A stretch of DNA of 45,213 nucleotides from a virus. Below the pieces are notes generated by a model. That model was not told the origin of the DNA. It worked only from the letters and a program-made list of their open reading frames with translations, and ran no database searches. Both the position numbers and the translations under genes were made by a program. This document shows positions 43,680-45,213 of the stretch, in pieces. Within the stretch, counting starts at the first letter, position 1; each line of letters begins with the position of its first letter. The stretch is from the UHGV virus genome UHGV-0383844; one strand, written 5' to 3'.

Positions 43680-45148
43680 CACTTTCTGTGAAGTTCAATG
43701 ACATCGAATTAGGAAAGTACATCGAAGTACTACAGGGATTTACACCGTTTGTCGGTGCTGACTGGAATCCATCGTTTGTGAAGGCAGAAAAACAGAATGG
43801 AAGTGATTTTGCTTACACGTCATACGAGAACAAACAAATTGTGATGCCGTTTACGATTGAGGGTAATCTGGAAGAGAAGTACGATGCTTTACAGAAAGCA
43901 TTAAAAGTAGATGAACCAAAAAAGTTAGTGTTTGGAAATGTTCCGAACAAATGTTTTTATGCGATTCCAAGTGGTACTTTAGAATTCAGTGAAGAAACGG
44001 AATTTCTGGGAGAGGGAACAATCACATGGCTCATCCCGGACGGAGTAGCATACTCTACCGCAGAATTCTCCTTTGACGGAGTACAAAAAGACGGCTACCA
44101 GACAATCACCATCCAAAACAACGGAACCGAATGGGCAGACGTGGACTACGAGATCGCACATCAGCACGAAAACGGCTTTATCGGACTGGTAAGCCAGTAT
44201 GGAGTGATCCAGCTAGGCAAGCAAGAAGAGGCGGACGGAGAGAATTACGAAGCATCTGAAGAACTGTTTAACGGTTACAGTCTGTTTCAAGACGATCATG
44301 GGACCTCTTATCAGAATCCGGAAAACACCACACAGGGAACACTTGAAGTCAAGAATGTTGCTGGATACAATGTGATGGCATTAAAAGGTGGACAAGCAAC
44401 ATCCGGATACTGGAACGGTGGAATGAAAACACTTACTATCCCGGTGGACAGCGAGGGAAGACGTGGTGCGAAGAATTTTTATTGTTATACGCAGCACTGG
44501 TTCGAGACAGGCTTGATGGGGCAGACAGGAGCGCAGACCATTGCATTCCTGACTGGAGATAACAAGGTGATATGCGCCATGTCTATTAACAAGAGTGATA
44601 CGGTTGGCAATACGGCACATGTGGACTGGTTCGCACCACAAAACAAGAAGATCAAGACACTGGATTTCCAGCCGACAGCTTATGAGGGAAACCCGTTTAA
44701 TTTAAAGATGGGTGGCGGGCATAATGATTTTTTAAAAGAGGGTGACAGGCTACGGATCTTTTGGTACGGTCAGTATTATTACTTTACTATCCCGGAGATT
44801 AAAGACATGGCGTGCGAGAAGATACAGGTCTGGATCGGGCAGTGGGGAAGTAGAGATCTTGGAAATCAGCTGGTCACACACAATTATTTAAAAAGTATCT
44901 GGTTCCGCAAAGATAACGTGGAAAAATACAGAGATGTGCCGAACCGGTATCGTGCCGGAGATGTGGTGTCTATAGATGGAGAGAGTACAAAGGTCTATGT
45001 AAACGGGATGCCGGCAAAAGGAGATGAGATTAATGGATCCAATTATCCAAAAGTTCCACCGGGGACAACGGAAGTCCAGTTCTGCTATTCTTCCTTTTCA
45101 TCCCCACCGCCGCATATTAAAGCGAAAATACGGGAGGTATACTTGTAA
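43676..45148 (+). CDS. Distal tail protein (Dit), evolved type with inserted domain (490 aa)
   Basis: N-terminus MTLSVKFNDIELGKYIEVLQGFTPFVGADWNP...CFYAIPSG matches siphovirus Dit; overlaps TMP stop and Tal start. Confidence 0.75.
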   Translation: MTLSVKFNDIELGKYIEVLQGFTPFVGADWNPSFVKAEKQNGSDFAYTSYENKQIVMPFTIEGNLEEKYDALQKALKVDEPKKLVFGNVPNKCFYAIPSGTLEFSEETEFLGEGTITWLIPDGVAYSTAEFSFDGVQKDGYQTITIQNNGTEWADVDYEIAHQHENGFIGLVSQYGVIQLGKQEEADGENYEASEELFNGYSLFQDDHGTSYQNPENTTQGTLEVKNVAGYNVMALKGGQATSGYWNGGMKTLTIPVDSEGRRGAKNFYCYTQHWFETGLMGQTGAQTIAFLTGDNKVICAMSINKSDTVGNTAHVDWFAPQNKKIKTLDFQPTAYEGNPFNLKMGGGHNDFLKEGDRLRIFWYGQYYYFTIPEIKDMACEKIQVWIGQWGSRDLGNQLVTHNYLKSIWFRKDNVEKYRDVPNRYRAGDVVSIDGESTKVYVNGMPAKGDEINGSNYPKVPPGTTEVQFCYSSFSSPPPHIKAKIREVYL

Positions 45149-45213
45149 TGGACAGTATTAGAATTGCGATTTTAAGTGCAAATAACACACCAGTAGCATT
45201 TATGGATAATGCA
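45148..45213 (+). CDS. Tal, 5' portion (MDSIRIAILSANNTPVAFMDNA...), continues in frame into nt 1 of the window
   Basis: TAATG coupling to Dit; 66 nt = 22 codons exactly, reading frame continues into ORF 13..2262 with no stop. Confidence 0.55.
   Translation, partial: MDSIRIAILSANNTPVAFMDNA

Overview
The window reads as one complete, circularly permuted ~45.2 kb genome of a temperate siphovirus-type phage from a low-GC Firmicutes host (Clostridia/Lachnospiraceae-like by gene families; inference). The tail tip gene (Tal) is split across the window ends: 45148..45213 joins 1..2262 in frame. No host flank or attL/attR is visible. Gene order around the circle: TMP, Dit, Tal, receptor-binding protein, holin, Amidase_3 endolysin; a leftward accessory operon; large serine integrase (-); lipoprotein (-); short CI-like repressor (-) with TTGTT-N4-AACAA operators over a TTGACA-17-TATTAT rightward promoter; antirepressor (Rha/KilAC); a YqaJ exonuclease/DUF1351/RecT/SSB/Hjc-like recombination cassette; replisome-organizer gene with embedded iteron origin; small early ORFs including a PAPS-reductase-like protein and DUF551; an ArpU/sigma-r4-like late regulator; an intergenic tRNA-Lys(UUU) plus a tRNA-derived fragment; TerS/TerL; SPP1-type portal; MuF-family minor head protein with a C-terminal extension; scaffold; major capsid; collagen-like head protein; connector and tail-completion proteins; major tail protein; two tail-assembly chaperones. 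A ~5.9 kb cargo island with its own sigma-A promoters and terminators then sits where the tape-measure gene would normally follow directly. Most notable observations: (1) an acr-aca-like three-gene operon next to the endolysin (two small proteins plus an HTH+CTD protein, own promoter with an inverted repeat in the spacer, own terminator); (2) paired -1 frame C-terminal extensions of the major capsid (A_AAA_AAG) and major tail protein (G_GGG_GGA) encoding homologous Gly/Lys-rich peptides; (3) the cargo island inserted inside the tail-assembly module; (4) MuF C-terminal extra domain plus a small overlapping downstream ORF (polymorphic-toxin/immunity-like); (5) phage-borne tRNA-Lys(UUU); (6) a perfect 26-bp inverted repeat bracketing the lysogeny module. 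Coordinates of small motifs are approximate (+/- 2 nt).
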